A DNA stretch of 64,000 nucleotides from an uncultured Bdellovibrionales bacterium (GTDB lineage: Bacteria > Patescibacteriota > Minisyncoccia > Moranbacterales > GWC2-37-73), in NCBI GenBank assembly GCA_964484505.1, contig CAZAFB010000002.1, positions 9,679 through 73,678 on the forward strand. Reading direction: 5' to 3'. Below are positions 49,689 through 60,497 of the stretch, in pieces. Below the pieces are notes generated by a model. The model saw nothing but the letters and a program-made list of their open reading frames with translations, searched no databases and had not been told where the DNA came from. Each line of letters begins with the position of its first letter. Position 1 is the first letter of the stretch. A program made the position numbers and the translations under genes.

Positions 49689-50276
49689 TTATTTCTCAAT
49701 AATGGTTTTGTATGCGACACATTTTTTGGCCAAAGAGCAATCAGACTCAGGTGGATAAGAACCATTCCAGCTTACAACACTTATTACCACTTTTTTGTCG
49801 GAACTTCCTTCATCAGTTATTGAAATCCTGCGACTGAATTTTGTGGCAATTCCAGTTGAAGAACTACCATAGAAACCGGTTGCCTGATTTAAATACAAAG
49901 CATATGGACCACCGCTGCTGGTGCCCTTATTACAAAAGCTTGCGGATGAAGTGCCCCAGGAATCAAGATCGCTATCAGCAAATATCACACACTGATCGCT
50001 CCCGGAAACTTCTTCCAGGTGCAAAAATTGGTCCGATGCGCTAGAAGCTATATTATTGTCCCTAATAAAACGTACCAGTTCCGTACCTTCTTGGGCAAGT
50101 TGAGAGGCAACTATCTGGTCACGACTAAGCATGGTTGTCTTAAGATTATTGGACATCAGAGACAGGACTCCTAGCAAACCGATCAATATAACGAAAATTG
50201 AAATAACCACCTCCAACATGGAGAAGGCTTTTTTATTCCCTATTTTTTTTATTTTTTTGATAATTTTATTTTTCAT
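49689..50276 (-). CDS. Minor type IV prepilin (PilV-like)
   Basis: KAFSMLEVVIS; ASQLAQEGTELVRFIRD motif. Confidence 0.85.
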   Translation of the reverse strand: MKNKIIKKIKKIGNKKAFSMLEVVISIFVILIGLLGVLSLMSNNLKTTMLSRDQIVASQLAQEGTELVRFIRDNNIASSASDQFLHLEEVSGSDQCVIFADSDLDSWGTSSASFCNKGTSSGGPYALYLNQATGFYGSSSTGIATKFSRRISITDEGSSDKKVVISVVSWNGSYPPESDCSLAKKCVAYKTIIEK

Positions 50277-50285
50277 ATAGAAATA

Positions 50286-50843
50286 TTAAGGGCAAGTTGC
50301 ATTACCCTCTAGTTCTACAATATTTCCCGTGCTGGAATTTATGCACAAAGTCCATTTTTTGCTATTATCAGAAGTGGATTGAAGTACTATTTTCCCACCA
50401 CCGGTTATTGAAGCTCTGGGAGCATTAAAAGAAATGGCTTGCGTGTCTGTTGCTCCACTATCATAATTTACACCACTTATCTCGCCCGACAAATCATAGC
50501 TTCCCGTAGCACCGGAACACGTACCACTATTGGACAATGTATATTGGGAATTATACGAAAGCTTTCCCGAAGCATTTACTATATTAATGGTAAAGCGACA
50601 TGCAATCTGATCATTACTCGGTCCAACCATTTTGCCGGCAAGAGAATCGTTTTGAACCTGTCTAACCAAGGCGGCAAGCTGGCGGGCAGCGACCTCCACG
50701 GTCTTTTGCGGCTTTACTCCTTGAAGACTAACGATAGTTGCAGCAGTCATTATTCCTATGATTGCCATAACCACAATCAATTCAACCAGGCTGAATCCTT
50801 GCTTATTTAATAAATATGTTTTTTGTTTTTTTATATTTTGCAT
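50286..50843 (-). CDS. Minor type IV prepilin (FimT/GspH-like)
   Basis: QGFSLVELIVVMAIIGI; AARQLAALVRQVQ. Confidence 0.85.
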   Translation of the reverse strand: MQNIKKQKTYLLNKQGFSLVELIVVMAIIGIMTAATIVSLQGVKPQKTVEVAARQLAALVRQVQNDSLAGKMVGPSNDQIACRFTINIVNASGKLSYNSQYTLSNSGTCSGATGSYDLSGEISGVNYDSGATDTQAISFNAPRASITGGGKIVLQSTSDNSKKWTLCINSSTGNIVELEGNATCP

Positions 50844-50940
50844 ATATTTGCGAATAATTCACATGCTTCCAAAAATTCGCGCTTATTTATTGGCGACAAT
50901 TCGCATGTATTTAAAATTTGCATCTATTCGCATCCTAATT

Positions 50941-51738
50941 TTACATCAAAAACAAGAAATTTTCAAATTGAGGAAACATTTGCGGCAGCATAATTGCAAG
51001 CAACATACCCACGACAAGAAACGGCGCGAACGGCACTTGGCTCTTCACTGTTTTTCTACGTAAAAAAACCAGGATCATACTTACTACAGCTCCTACTGTA
51101 AATGAAAAAAGCAATGCCAATAATATGCCCGGCCAACCCATGATCAAACCTGCCAAAAGACCAAGATAAGCGTCTCCCATGCCCATCCAGGTTTCTTTCG
51201 AGGCAGCTGCCAAAACAAAGAAAAAAAGAAAGGCCACGATACCCGCAATCAGACTTGAAATTAAATTAAGTGAAAGCAAGCTATCTGCCGTGCCGAATTG
51301 ATTCCAATCAGCAATCAGAGAATACACAACAGCTACAGCTACGCCAGCCCAAAGAATAATCATTGGTATTTCCATATACTTAAGGTCGTAAATGAAAATA
51401 ATAATCAACAGCGAAAATTCAGCCATTAAATAAAGCGTGGTAAGCCAAGAAAACATATCAGCTTGAACAAAGAAATATGACCCGATCATAGCAAAAACAA
51501 TCCCCGTCATCAATTCAACAGCGGGATATTGCCAAGAAATCTTCTCTCCGCAATCACGACATCTGGCACTCAGCACGATGAAGCTAAGCAGCGGAACGTT
51601 GTCAAACCAACGAATCTTTTTCTTACAATGTGGGCAATGCGACCGCTCCCAAAGCGACTCGACAGCATCAAGGCGATATACAACGGCATTTAAGAAGCTG
51701 CCGATAATCAGACCTAGGATGAAGAAAATTATAAACAT
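50941..51738 (-). CDS. pilD: Prepilin peptidase
   Basis: GSFLNAVVYRL, RSHCPHC, CRDC..ISWQYP, YDL, MGMGD, VPFAPFL. Confidence 0.93.
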   Translation of the reverse strand: MFIIFFILGLIIGSFLNAVVYRLDAVESLWERSHCPHCKKKIRWFDNVPLLSFIVLSARCRDCGEKISWQYPAVELMTGIVFAMIGSYFFVQADMFSWLTTLYLMAEFSLLIIIFIYDLKYMEIPMIILWAGVAVAVVYSLIADWNQFGTADSLLSLNLISSLIAGIVAFLFFFVLAAASKETWMGMGDAYLGLLAGLIMGWPGILLALLFSFTVGAVVSMILVFLRRKTVKSQVPFAPFLVVGMLLAIMLPQMFPQFENFLFLM

Positions 51739-51793
51739 AGAAAATTTATTGCCATATTCTTTATGCCACTATTGTACAACAGAAAATAAAAAT

Positions 51794-51824
51794 AAACCAG
51801 CCAGAGACAATCTCTGGCTGGTTT
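51794..51824 (-). terminator. Strong terminator after the tandem major pilins
   Basis: AAACCAGCCAGAGA-caa-TCTCTGGCTGGTTT perfect 14-bp stem. Confidence 0.8.
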
Positions 51825-51845
51825 TAATCAACTAAATATAGGTTT

Positions 51846-52253
51846 CTAACAACCTGTAAATATTACGCCTGCCTGAGTAAACGTTACACCTGTGCAAGTA
51901 CCAGCTGGCCAACCTGCAGTGACGGTAATATCAAATGTTCCCGCTCCATTTGGTCCACAATCGTCATTATTAGGAGCAGTTTCCGAAATAGCTATGCCTG
52001 TAGTATTCGGGTTTGGCAATGGAATGTCTCCAGAAATATCCGTAGTTCCATCCAAAGCACCGTCACAAGCTATGATTGCACCTGCTTGCATTGAAGAGAT
52101 CTGCGACTTGAAATTAGCAACCTGCGCTTTTGTTCGCGCGTTGCTCAAACTGACAAGCACCACGGATGCCAAGATACCGATGATCGCAATAACGATCAAG
52201 AGTTCGATAAGCGTAAAGCCTCTTTTTGTTTTTCTCATTATGTTCCTCGGCAT
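51846..52253 (-). CDS. Type IV pilin (major pilin candidate 2)
   Basis: [30 protein letters not shown]; four Cys. Confidence 0.9.
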   Translation of the reverse strand: MPRNIMRKTKRGFTLIELLIVIAIIGILASVVLVSLSNARTKAQVANFKSQISSMQAGAIIACDGALDGTTDISGDIPLPNPNTTGIAISETAPNNDDCGPNGAGTFDITVTAGWPAGTCTGVTFTQAGVIFTGC

Positions 52254-52387
52254 TCATTCTTTACCTTTTAAAATAAAACAAGTATGCCGATTTTTAAAAT
52301 TATTAAACCAAATAAATAGGAAAGACCAACAAAATCAAAGATTTCATATGTCTGCCAAAATAAATCAGCAGACAAGAAAATCTTCGA

Positions 52388-52762
52388 TTAACATCCCGTG
52401 AAAGTCACACCTGTTTCAGTATATGTGGTAGCTGTACAAGCTGCAGGCCTGCCTCCTGTAATGGAAACACTAAACGTTCCAGCTCCAGTGGGTCCGCAAC
52501 TTGAAGCGGTAACATTTACAGTAATGCCGGATCCAGCAGGAGTAGGCACATCTGCGTTGGCAATATTGATTCCCGGAGCACCATCACAAGCGATAATCGT
52601 ACCCGCTTGCATCGAAGAAACTTGCGATTTGAAATTAGCAACAGTTGCTTTTGATCGCGCATTGCTCAAACTGACGAGAACTACTGACGCCAAAATACCG
52701 ATGATCGCGATAACGATCAAAAGTTCAATCAAAGTAAAGCCTCTTTTTTGTGTCTTCTTCAT
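52388..52762 (-). CDS. Type IV pilin (major pilin candidate 1; start MKKTQKRG)
   Basis: AGGAGGT RBS before ATG 52762; same N-terminal motif and Cys pattern as 51846. Confidence 0.9.
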   Translation of the reverse strand: MKKTQKRGFTLIELLIVIAIIGILASVVLVSLSNARSKATVANFKSQVSSMQAGTIIACDGAPGINIANADVPTPAGSGITVNVTASSCGPTGAGTFSVSITGGRPAACTATTYTETGVTFTGC

Positions 52763-52984
52763 AAAAAACACCTCCTTTCTTTTTTGGAAAAGCGTTTTCA
52801 AAAGCATGATACCCTATCTTTTCTTGCATTATGCCTTCGGGGTCGCTTTCCGCTTGTTTATATTTTATATCCTTTATCAACTCTACACAACAACCTTATC
52901 CACACAACATCGGTACCGTCAATAATTCACATGTTTCTCTATTCGCATCCATTCACCTTTATCATTCGTGAAAATTCGCATATG

Positions 52985-54196
52985 CTATTTTATTTGCCCT
53001 GCTATATTGTATATCGGCATAAGGATTGTGAAAACCAATATTGCCACACCGATACCAAGAATCACAATCAAAATCGGTTCAATCAAGGTTGTCATGTTAC
53101 GCGTCATGCGATCAGTTTCCCTTTCATAAAACTCGGCAACGTTTTTGAGCACCTCTTGAATTTTTCCCGAATCCTCACCGATTTTGATCATGCGTGGAAT
53201 AATCGGCGGAAACTCCCGGGAGCGAGCGAAGACCAAACTCATCGCACCACCCGTCTTTACCTCATCAGCAGCGCGCAAAATTACTGACTTATACACATCA
53301 TTGTTCACCACATCCGCCACAATAATCAAGGCTCGCACAACTGGAATACCTCCCGTTAGGAGAACAGCGAGATTTTCAGCGAAGCGCACCATATATAAAT
53401 CGCGAAAAAGAGCCCCAAATACGGGGATTTTTAACTTCCACTGATCCCATTCCCGCTTACCAGAGTCTGTTTTTATATAATACATTACCCCTAAAACAGC
53501 TCCGATAATCAATATAACAATCAACCACCAATAATGTCTGGCAAAATTACTGGAAGATATAATCATTTTAGTATACCAAGGCAATTCTATTTCCATATCA
53601 GCAAAAATGGCGGTAAGTTTTGGGATTACAATGGTAAAAACAATAAAACCGATAATCACGGCTGCAGTCAGAATAAATCCGGGATAAAAAAGCGCGCTTT
53701 TTATTTTATTGGTTAGTTCATAGTTTTTCTCGGTATTTTCCGCAAGAAATGCCAATGATTTCTGGAGATTTCCGGAAACTTCTCCAGCACGCACCATGCT
53801 TACCATCAACTGAGTGAAAACTGTCGGATGCTTTGATAAACTATCGGAAAGCGACATACCATCTTTTACATCAAGCACTATCTCATCTATCACCAACTTG
53901 AAATATTTGTTTTCCGTCTGTTCACCTATGGTCTGCAAAGATGTGACTACAGGCACCTTGGCATCGATAAGAGTGGCAAATTGCCTGAGAAAAACGGCCA
54001 ATTCTCTTTGACTAGCACCCTCCCAGATTCTTTTTATATCCTTTATGACATCAGAGTTCTTTTTTTCCTCTTCAATGGAAAGCGGGATCAAGCCGTTACT
54101 TTGAAGGATTTGTGCCACAGCCTCGCGACTCATGGCTTCGACACTGCCTTCTCGAACTTCCCCCGTGGAACCCTTGGCTTTGAATAAAAATTTCAT
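52985..54196 (-). CDS. pilC: Type IV pilus platform protein (T2SS F family)
   Basis: FLRQFATLIDAKVP, MVRAGEVSGNL, IKSALFYP, MIKIGEDSG, LIEPIL. Confidence 0.93.
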   Translation of the reverse strand: MKFLFKAKGSTGEVREGSVEAMSREAVAQILQSNGLIPLSIEEEKKNSDVIKDIKRIWEGASQRELAVFLRQFATLIDAKVPVVTSLQTIGEQTENKYFKLVIDEIVLDVKDGMSLSDSLSKHPTVFTQLMVSMVRAGEVSGNLQKSLAFLAENTEKNYELTNKIKSALFYPGFILTAAVIIGFIVFTIVIPKLTAIFADMEIELPWYTKMIISSSNFARHYWWLIVILIIGAVLGVMYYIKTDSGKREWDQWKLKIPVFGALFRDLYMVRFAENLAVLLTGGIPVVRALIIVADVVNNDVYKSVILRAADEVKTGGAMSLVFARSREFPPIIPRMIKIGEDSGKIQEVLKNVAEFYERETDRMTRNMTTLIEPILIVILGIGVAILVFTILMPIYNIAGQIK

Positions 54197-54289
54197 AAAA
54201 CTCGCGAATGCGGAGCCAATGACAACGAATTAAAGCAAATATTCGCACCCATTAGCCTTTATTCGCTCTTTATTAGCGAGTTACTTGTT

Positions 54290-55369
54290 TTACTTTTTTG
54301 AAATAAGCATCTGTAAATATTCCCTATTCTTTGCATACACGAAAGCATCATCAGCCGTAATTGTGCCGCGCATAACCAAATCAGCCAGAGCCTTATCCAG
54401 AGATATCATGCCTTCACGCATACTCGTTTCGATAACCGAATCTATTTGATATGACTTGTTTTCACGGATAAGATTCTCCACGGCATGATTCTTGATCATA
54501 ATTTCCATTGCCGGAACACGTCCACCGCCAACCTTGGGAACCAAGCGTTGAGAAACAACGCCAACCAAAACGCTTGCCAGCTGGGAGCGGATTTGGTTTT
54601 GTTGATGAGCAGGGAAAACATCAATGATACGATCGATGGTCTGGGTCGTATCATTCGTGTGCAGAGTTCCCAAAATCAAATGCCCCGTTTCAGCAGCCGT
54701 CATGGCAGTACCGATGGTGTCCAAATCACGCATTTCACCAATAAGCACCACATTGGCATCTTCGCGAAAGACCGCACGTAAGCCCTCTTTGAAAGACTTT
54801 GTATCCCTTCCCACTTCGCGCTGATTGATGATACATCGATCTTGTTCGTAGATATATTCAATCGGATCCTCGATTGTGATAACATGTTTGTCCTGCGAGT
54901 GATTGATAAAATCAATCATCGCCGCAAGCGTAGTGGATTTTCCGTGACCAACCGGTCCGGTAACCAAAAGCAAACCTTGGGTAAGATGCATGAAATCATA
55001 AAGCATCGGCGATATATTCAATTCCTCCAGAGTTCTGATCTTGCCGGAAATTTGACGCATCGTAACACTAATATTGCCTTTTTGAAAAAAAATGTTGGTA
55101 CGAAAGCGAGCCTTATCTTCAAAATTGTATGAGAAATCAACCTGCCCTTCGTCAAGCAGTTTCTTTTTATTATCTTCGCTCAAGATGGCATCGGAAAGAT
55201 TTTTAGTATCTTCCGCAGTAAGCATGCTCTCTTGGGTAATCGGATAAAGTTTTCCGTCTAAACGCAAAGTAGGATACCTGCTTACAACCAGATGAAGATC
55301 GGAAGCGCCCTGCTGACACACTATTCTCAGCAGATTTTTCATGCGCTGTTCATTGTGCAATGTATCCAT
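54290..55369 (-). CDS. pilT: Type IV pilus retraction ATPase
   Basis: ASDLHL, TGPVGHGKSTTLAAMI, TIEDPIE, GEMRD, AAETGHL..TLHT, IDRIIDVFP. Confidence 0.93.
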   Translation of the reverse strand: MDTLHNEQRMKNLLRIVCQQGASDLHLVVSRYPTLRLDGKLYPITQESMLTAEDTKNLSDAILSEDNKKKLLDEGQVDFSYNFEDKARFRTNIFFQKGNISVTMRQISGKIRTLEELNISPMLYDFMHLTQGLLLVTGPVGHGKSTTLAAMIDFINHSQDKHVITIEDPIEYIYEQDRCIINQREVGRDTKSFKEGLRAVFREDANVVLIGEMRDLDTIGTAMTAAETGHLILGTLHTNDTTQTIDRIIDVFPAHQQNQIRSQLASVLVGVVSQRLVPKVGGGRVPAMEIMIKNHAVENLIRENKSYQIDSVIETSMREGMISLDKALADLVMRGTITADDAFVYAKNREYLQMLISKK

Positions 55370-55429
55370 AATTTATTTTTTATTTTTTATCGTTTTTTTT
55401 GTTTTATTGATATTCGTATTGAACAAACT

Positions 55430-55813
55430 TTAGCATACACTGATAGCAGCCCTGATCTTTTCCACAACTTCCGAGGGAGTAAAGTGTGATTTAATAATGT
55501 AATCATTTACTCCCCGTTCCAAAATCTCATTAACACGATCTTTTTCGGAAAGGTTGGTCAACATTATTATTTTGAGATTTTTCCACTCTTCTTTTTTCTG
55601 AATTTTTTCCAGTACCTCGATTCCATCCATATATGGCATGACCATGTCCAACAAAACCAGATCCGGCAAATCTTCTTCGAGATATTTAATCGCTTCCACA
55701 CCGTTAGTTGCACAAGTAACATCAAATCCTTCTTGCTTCAATTTGAGATTATAAATATCCTGCACAAAAACATCGTCCTCAACCAACAATATTTTTTTCT
55801 TATTTGCTTCCAT
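55430..55813 (-). CDS. Single-domain response regulator receiver
   Basis: ILLVEDD, PDLVLLDMVMPYMDG, IIMLTN, DYIIK. Confidence 0.92.
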   Translation of the reverse strand: MEANKKKILLVEDDVFVQDIYNLKLKQEGFDVTCATNGVEAIKYLEEDLPDLVLLDMVMPYMDGIEVLEKIQKKEEWKNLKIIMLTNLSEKDRVNEILERGVNDYIIKSHFTPSEVVEKIRAAISVC

Positions 55814-56011
55814 ATTATTGTTATTTATAAAATGAGAACCCGTCTTTTCAGAACTTACGCGTTTGAATTTTTAAAATTTCAGCAAATATTGTTTTTTGCG
55901 CACTGCCGGCCGACCCGAGAGGGAAAGGCAAGCAAAAAATATATATTTGCTTGAAATTTATGCAAATGCTTAACTCCTATTATTATAAAATAGAGGCGCG
56001 TCTATTGCAAA

Positions 56012-57724
56012 TCAACCACGATCATCGTCAACATCGCCACCGATACTAAGACTTCCCTCAGTCACTCTTTCCACTTCCGCAAAAGTGGTAAGACCTTTTA
56101 AAACCTTCAACATACCATCTTGTTTCATGGTTACCATTTTAGTGCTTTCTGCATATTTTTTAACAAATACTTCTTCGCCATGATGCTCTGAAATTATTTC
56201 CTTCAATTCAGCATTCACTTCAAGAACTTCAAAAATAGCAACACGCCCCTTATATCCGGTCTTTGCACATGCTTCACATCCTTTTCCTTGATATATTCTT
56301 ATGCCTTCATTGATATCAACCCCATATTTAGCCAACTCTTCAGAATCAATCCTGGAGAGTTCGTTTTTAATGAATTCTTTGATAGCATTAGAAACTTCCA
56401 CTTCTTCTTTACATTCTTGACATATACGCCTAACCAAACGCTGAGCTGCTACCGCTTGCAATGAAGATGAAAGAAGGAATGGTTCTATACCCATATCGAT
56501 CAAGCGCGGAATAGCTCCTATTGAGGTGTTGGTGTGTAATGTGGAAAAAACAAGATGTCCCGTAAGGGCGGCGTGTATGGAAAGCTCCGCGGTCTCCGTA
56601 TCTCTAATTTCACCCACCATTATTACATTCGGATCTTGACGAAGAATGGAGCGCAAACCACTGGCAAAAGTATATCCGATTTCCGGTTTGATCTGACTCT
56701 GGTTTACTCCTTCCACGGAATATTCAACAGGATCTTCCAAGGTCACAATGTTTCGCTCTTCCTTATTGAGAATTTGCAAGAAAGAATAAAGAGTTGTTGA
56801 TTTCCCGCTCCCAGTAGGTCCGGTTATCAGAATTATGCCATAAGGCTCTCTTATTCTTTTTAATAATATATCCCTGTTACTTGCAATAAGCCCCAGTGTT
56901 TCCACATCAATCATTTTATCACCCTTGTCCAGAAGTCGCAGCACTGCCTTTTCCCCCTCCACCACGGGCAAAGTCGAAACGCGAAAATCTACAGGCTTGC
57001 CGTTTTCCACCACCCTGAAACGACCATCCTGAGGTTTTCTTTTCTCATCTATTTTTAAATTGGAAATTATCTTAATACGGGAAACCACCGCTCGACCAAC
57101 TTCCTTGGGAACAGCAAACGATGAATGTAAAACACCGTCAACCCGAAAACGTATTCGATATTCCTTATCCATGGGCTCAATATGAATATCGCTGGCTTTA
57201 CCTTCAATTGCATGCTTAATTACAACACTAAGCAGTTTGGTGATTGGAGCATCCTGAATAGCCTCCTTTTTTTCTACTGTCTGATCTTTTTCAAAAATAT
57301 CGCCAAAATCATCGCCTTGCAATGATTGCATGGCTTCCTGAATAGCCTTTTCCGTATTGGAATATTGCCCCAAAACCCCCTGAAAAACTTCTTCACCGAT
57401 AAGATAAACTTCGAATTCTATTTTTGCGTTTTCCGCGATGAATCTCAAAATATTCATGGCACCCAAGTCATCCGGGTTGACGATTCCCAATTTCACGACA
57501 TTGCCTTTTTTTTCCAATGGCACCATCTTGTGTCTCTTGGCTATATCTTCAGAAATTATATCCAAAACAGCCTTGGGAACTTTCGGCGCTTCCAAAATCA
57601 AAGGAAGGCGATATTTATCCGCCTTTTCCTGCAGTTCCTTATTGGGAGTATCTTTTGCTTCATCTTGCAAGCTGGCAGCAGAGATAATCCCATTATCCTT
57701 TTTTGCGTCTTTCTTCCCCTTCAT
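56012..57724 (-). CDS. pilB: Type IV pilus assembly ATPase (GspE/PilB)
   Basis: ASDIHIEP, EKRKPQDGR, TGPTGSGKSTTLY, LRQDPNVIMVGEIRD, CxxC...CxxC. Confidence 0.93.
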   Translation of the reverse strand: MKGKKDAKKDNGIISAASLQDEAKDTPNKELQEKADKYRLPLILEAPKVPKAVLDIISEDIAKRHKMVPLEKKGNVVKLGIVNPDDLGAMNILRFIAENAKIEFEVYLIGEEVFQGVLGQYSNTEKAIQEAMQSLQGDDFGDIFEKDQTVEKKEAIQDAPITKLLSVVIKHAIEGKASDIHIEPMDKEYRIRFRVDGVLHSSFAVPKEVGRAVVSRIKIISNLKIDEKRKPQDGRFRVVENGKPVDFRVSTLPVVEGEKAVLRLLDKGDKMIDVETLGLIASNRDILLKRIREPYGIILITGPTGSGKSTTLYSFLQILNKEERNIVTLEDPVEYSVEGVNQSQIKPEIGYTFASGLRSILRQDPNVIMVGEIRDTETAELSIHAALTGHLVFSTLHTNTSIGAIPRLIDMGIEPFLLSSSLQAVAAQRLVRRICQECKEEVEVSNAIKEFIKNELSRIDSEELAKYGVDINEGIRIYQGKGCEACAKTGYKGRVAIFEVLEVNAELKEIISEHHGEEVFVKKYAESTKMVTMKQDGMLKVLKGLTTFAEVERVTEGSLSIGGDVDDDRG

Positions 57725-57735
57725 ATTTTACTATT

Positions 57736-58536
57736 TTATGGCAAAAAAGGATTCGCCTTTCCCGCGCCTGAAGCTTCCAAATTAGGCATAACCGTAGCAA
57801 CATTTTCTCTCAACTTATCGACAGTGGAAAAATCATATACCGATCTTAAGAACAAGGGATGGCTATAGCCATTACTGATATTAACCATAGGCAAACTTGC
57901 AAAATTAATAGCTATCTTAGCCTCCAATGTTTGTCCGGAAGCATCTTTTGCCGTTTCCGTGGAAATATGGGCCGCCTTTTGAGAAGTGCTGCCGGCACGT
58001 GAGATAACAACAGAATCAAGAGAGCTTAGCATTTCCATATTATGCAGATTACTCAAAAAAGTCATAATAGATTCATAGGAACCGGACAGTAAAATTGTAC
58101 CTTTTGTATAACTAACCACAGGCGTTTTAACTGTCGCCTCAAGTGAAGGGTCTGATAAGCCATCACCATTGCCTGAAACATCGGCAGCTACCCCTGCTGC
58201 AACAAGAGGTGTTTCTTCTTTAACATTCTCCAAATTAATGTTAAAGAGTATCAGTCCGTTGGAAAGATAATTGATTGAGTCAATAATCCTTTCCTCGGAT
58301 CTATTCTTAGGAACATATCTCTCCGCATAACTCACTCTGTCAACATTTTTTTCAATATCGCTAAGGAGACTTCCCGCATTGCGACTTTTTTGATTCATAT
58401 CAGCAAGCGTCGCTGCCAATTTATCTCCCTCCTTCCTGGCGACTTTTATTTCCTCCCACTGTGGAACGATGAAACTGAGCACTAAGGTGACGGAGACAAG
58501 TAACATTAACGGAAAAAATAGAAGTTTCAAGCGCAT
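57736..58536 (-). CDS. PilO-like alignment protein
   Basis: N-terminal TM + coiled coil; GSYESIMTFLSNL motif; position after pilM and pilN. Confidence 0.7.
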   Translation of the reverse strand: MRLKLLFFPLMLLVSVTLVLSFIVPQWEEIKVARKEGDKLAATLADMNQKSRNAGSLLSDIEKNVDRVSYAERYVPKNRSEERIIDSINYLSNGLILFNINLENVKEETPLVAAGVAADVSGNGDGLSDPSLEATVKTPVVSYTKGTILLSGSYESIMTFLSNLHNMEMLSSLDSVVISRAGSTSQKAAHISTETAKDASGQTLEAKIAINFASLPMVNISNGYSHPLFLRSVYDFSTVDKLRENVATVMPNLEASGAGKANPFLP

Positions 58537-58592
58537 ATTTTTTGTTCGAGAAAACTTTTCTAATCAGAAAAGTCTGCTCTGTTTGTATTTAA

Positions 58593-59123
58593 TTATTTGT
58601 TTTTGAAATTACCGCTTATTTTAAAAATTATGCCCTTTTCTGTCCTTTTCATATCCTTCACAACCAAACTATCGATATTTCCGGAACTCTTGAAACTAAG
58701 GACCTGTTTAGCAATTGAAAGAAAATCATTGGCAATAAAATCTATCTCTAAAAGCTTGTTCTCATATGAAAAAGAATCGACATACACACCTGGCAACATA
58801 GAATTTTTGATTGCATCCATCATCTTATTGGCATCTTGCCTTGTTGTAAAATTTTCTTTGATAACATCCAGCCGTTGTTGCAAATCGACCATCCTGTTAA
58901 CCTTATCCTTGGAAAAACTTTGCTGCAGTTGAACTATCTGCTCGTTCATTTGCTCATTATTATGCACAGTCCTGTAATGGAAAAATTTAAAGCCGCCCCA
59001 AACCAGCAACGTCACCACCAAAACTCCTATGGAAATAAAGAAGCCTTTATCAGCGACAGCGTTCCTGTTGTCTGACTGGCTCAATTCATCCGTAGATGAC
59101 TGATGAAAATTAATCGATGTCAT
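58593..59123 (-). CDS. PilN-like alignment protein
   Basis: N-terminal SINF motif, TM, coiled coil; directly after pilM. Confidence 0.7.
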   Translation of the reverse strand: MTSINFHQSSTDELSQSDNRNAVADKGFFISIGVLVVTLLVWGGFKFFHYRTVHNNEQMNEQIVQLQQSFSKDKVNRMVDLQQRLDVIKENFTTRQDANKMMDAIKNSMLPGVYVDSFSYENKLLEIDFIANDFLSIAKQVLSFKSSGNIDSLVVKDMKRTEKGIIFKISGNFKNK

Positions 59124-59211
59124 ATTTTTTATTTTTTATTATATTTGTTATATTTATGAATTTTCTAGTTGTTTGCAGTCAAAAATTCGCACAAGCATGT
59201 TCACAAAAATT

Positions 59212-60309
59212 TCATTTTCTTTGATATTCTTCTACTCCGCGCAAAGCAAGTCCTACGGCAACGGTAAAAGCTGATCCCAACTTCTCCACATGAGGCAACA
59301 CTGACTCGTCACAAACAATTCTTCGCCAAGGATTACCTAGGGTTGATTTAATACCAAGAGCCTCAGCGAAATACTGCTCAGCCCCTTTCATATGCGCCGC
59401 CCCTCCTGAAAGTATCACTCCATCTATTTTAGCTTGCTGATTATTAGATTTATATGATCCAATCATCCTGTTCGCTTCATCCACAATCATGCCAATAACC
59501 GGCAACACAATTGTTGAATCTTTGGAATTAAGCAGGTCTTTTTCGCCTTTTTTGAATATTTCCGCACGAGACTTGGAAATATTCATACCCTCAGCTATCG
59601 CCTTTGTGATCTCACTGCTTCCAGCATCCATATTTCTGCTTATTCTCACGATACCTTTTTCCACCAGTATTATGTTGGTGGAACGAGCCCCCATGTCCAA
59701 AATAAGGAATGTGCCAGCATCATCGCCTACCAAAGCTCTGGCTATGGAAAAAGTTTCCAATTCTATAGCGCCTATTTCCAATCCTGCAGAATTTATCAAC
59801 CCTTCATATTTGGCAACTTCTTTTTTGGGCGCAGCAACAAGCAACACTTGTAACTTGTCAATCGTGTCTTTTTCATCATTTTTCAAGATAGAGTGATTGT
59901 TTTTCCCGACAACTTCCCAACTAAGAGCTATCTCCTCGACAGTCGCCGGTATATATTTATGCGCCTCAAACTGAATAGCACTCTCCAATTCCTCATTACT
60001 CATTTCCGGAAGCTCAATAAGAGTTATCAATCCGCTGAATCCTGGCAAAGCTACAAAAGATGGCGCCTCCTTCTTGACCCCAGTCTGCTGGCAAAGTTCT
60101 TTGAAACATTCTTTAAGTTTATCCTCGTAGGATTGAAGCTTCATTTCTTTGACATCTTCTACTTGCAAAACCGCATCAAGATCTATCCAACCATAATTGA
60201 TCAGATGAGGACGCTGTTCTTTATATGTTAGTTCGACGATTTTAATCGCAGAAGTGCCGAAATCCACACCAACAAAGTGATTTTTTTTACTTGAAAATAT
60301 ACCTAACAT
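59212..60309 (-). CDS. pilM: Type IV pilus assembly protein PilM
   Basis: VGVDFGTSAIKIVEL, LDMGARST, ILSGGAA, AVGLALR actin-like ATPase motifs. Confidence 0.92.
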   Translation of the reverse strand: MLGIFSSKKNHFVGVDFGTSAIKIVELTYKEQRPHLINYGWIDLDAVLQVEDVKEMKLQSYEDKLKECFKELCQQTGVKKEAPSFVALPGFSGLITLIELPEMSNEELESAIQFEAHKYIPATVEEIALSWEVVGKNNHSILKNDEKDTIDKLQVLLVAAPKKEVAKYEGLINSAGLEIGAIELETFSIARALVGDDAGTFLILDMGARSTNIILVEKGIVRISRNMDAGSSEITKAIAEGMNISKSRAEIFKKGEKDLLNSKDSTIVLPVIGMIVDEANRMIGSYKSNNQQAKIDGVILSGGAAHMKGAEQYFAEALGIKSTLGNPWRRIVCDESVLPHVEKLGSAFTVAVGLALRGVEEYQRK

Positions 60310-60497
60310 TTATTTTTGTCTTAACAGTATTTTTTATGAAAACCCTTTGTTAAAATTATACCACGACATCGATATGACCACAACCAACAGTAAGGAGCAA
60401 CTATTCTTCTTCAAAATCAACATTGACAGTCTGACTTATAAAAAACTAAACTAAATACGTGTTTTAAGCTTACTTTATTATACAACTTTTTGAACTC

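Noticed and set aside
52763-52807. Longer start for the first pilin
   Set aside because: A strong AGGAGGT RBS lies directly before ATG 52762, which gives a normal short prepilin leader.
49105-60309. Absence of pilQ/pilP as a novelty
   Set aside because: This is expected for monoderm-type and Patescibacteria type IV pilus loci.
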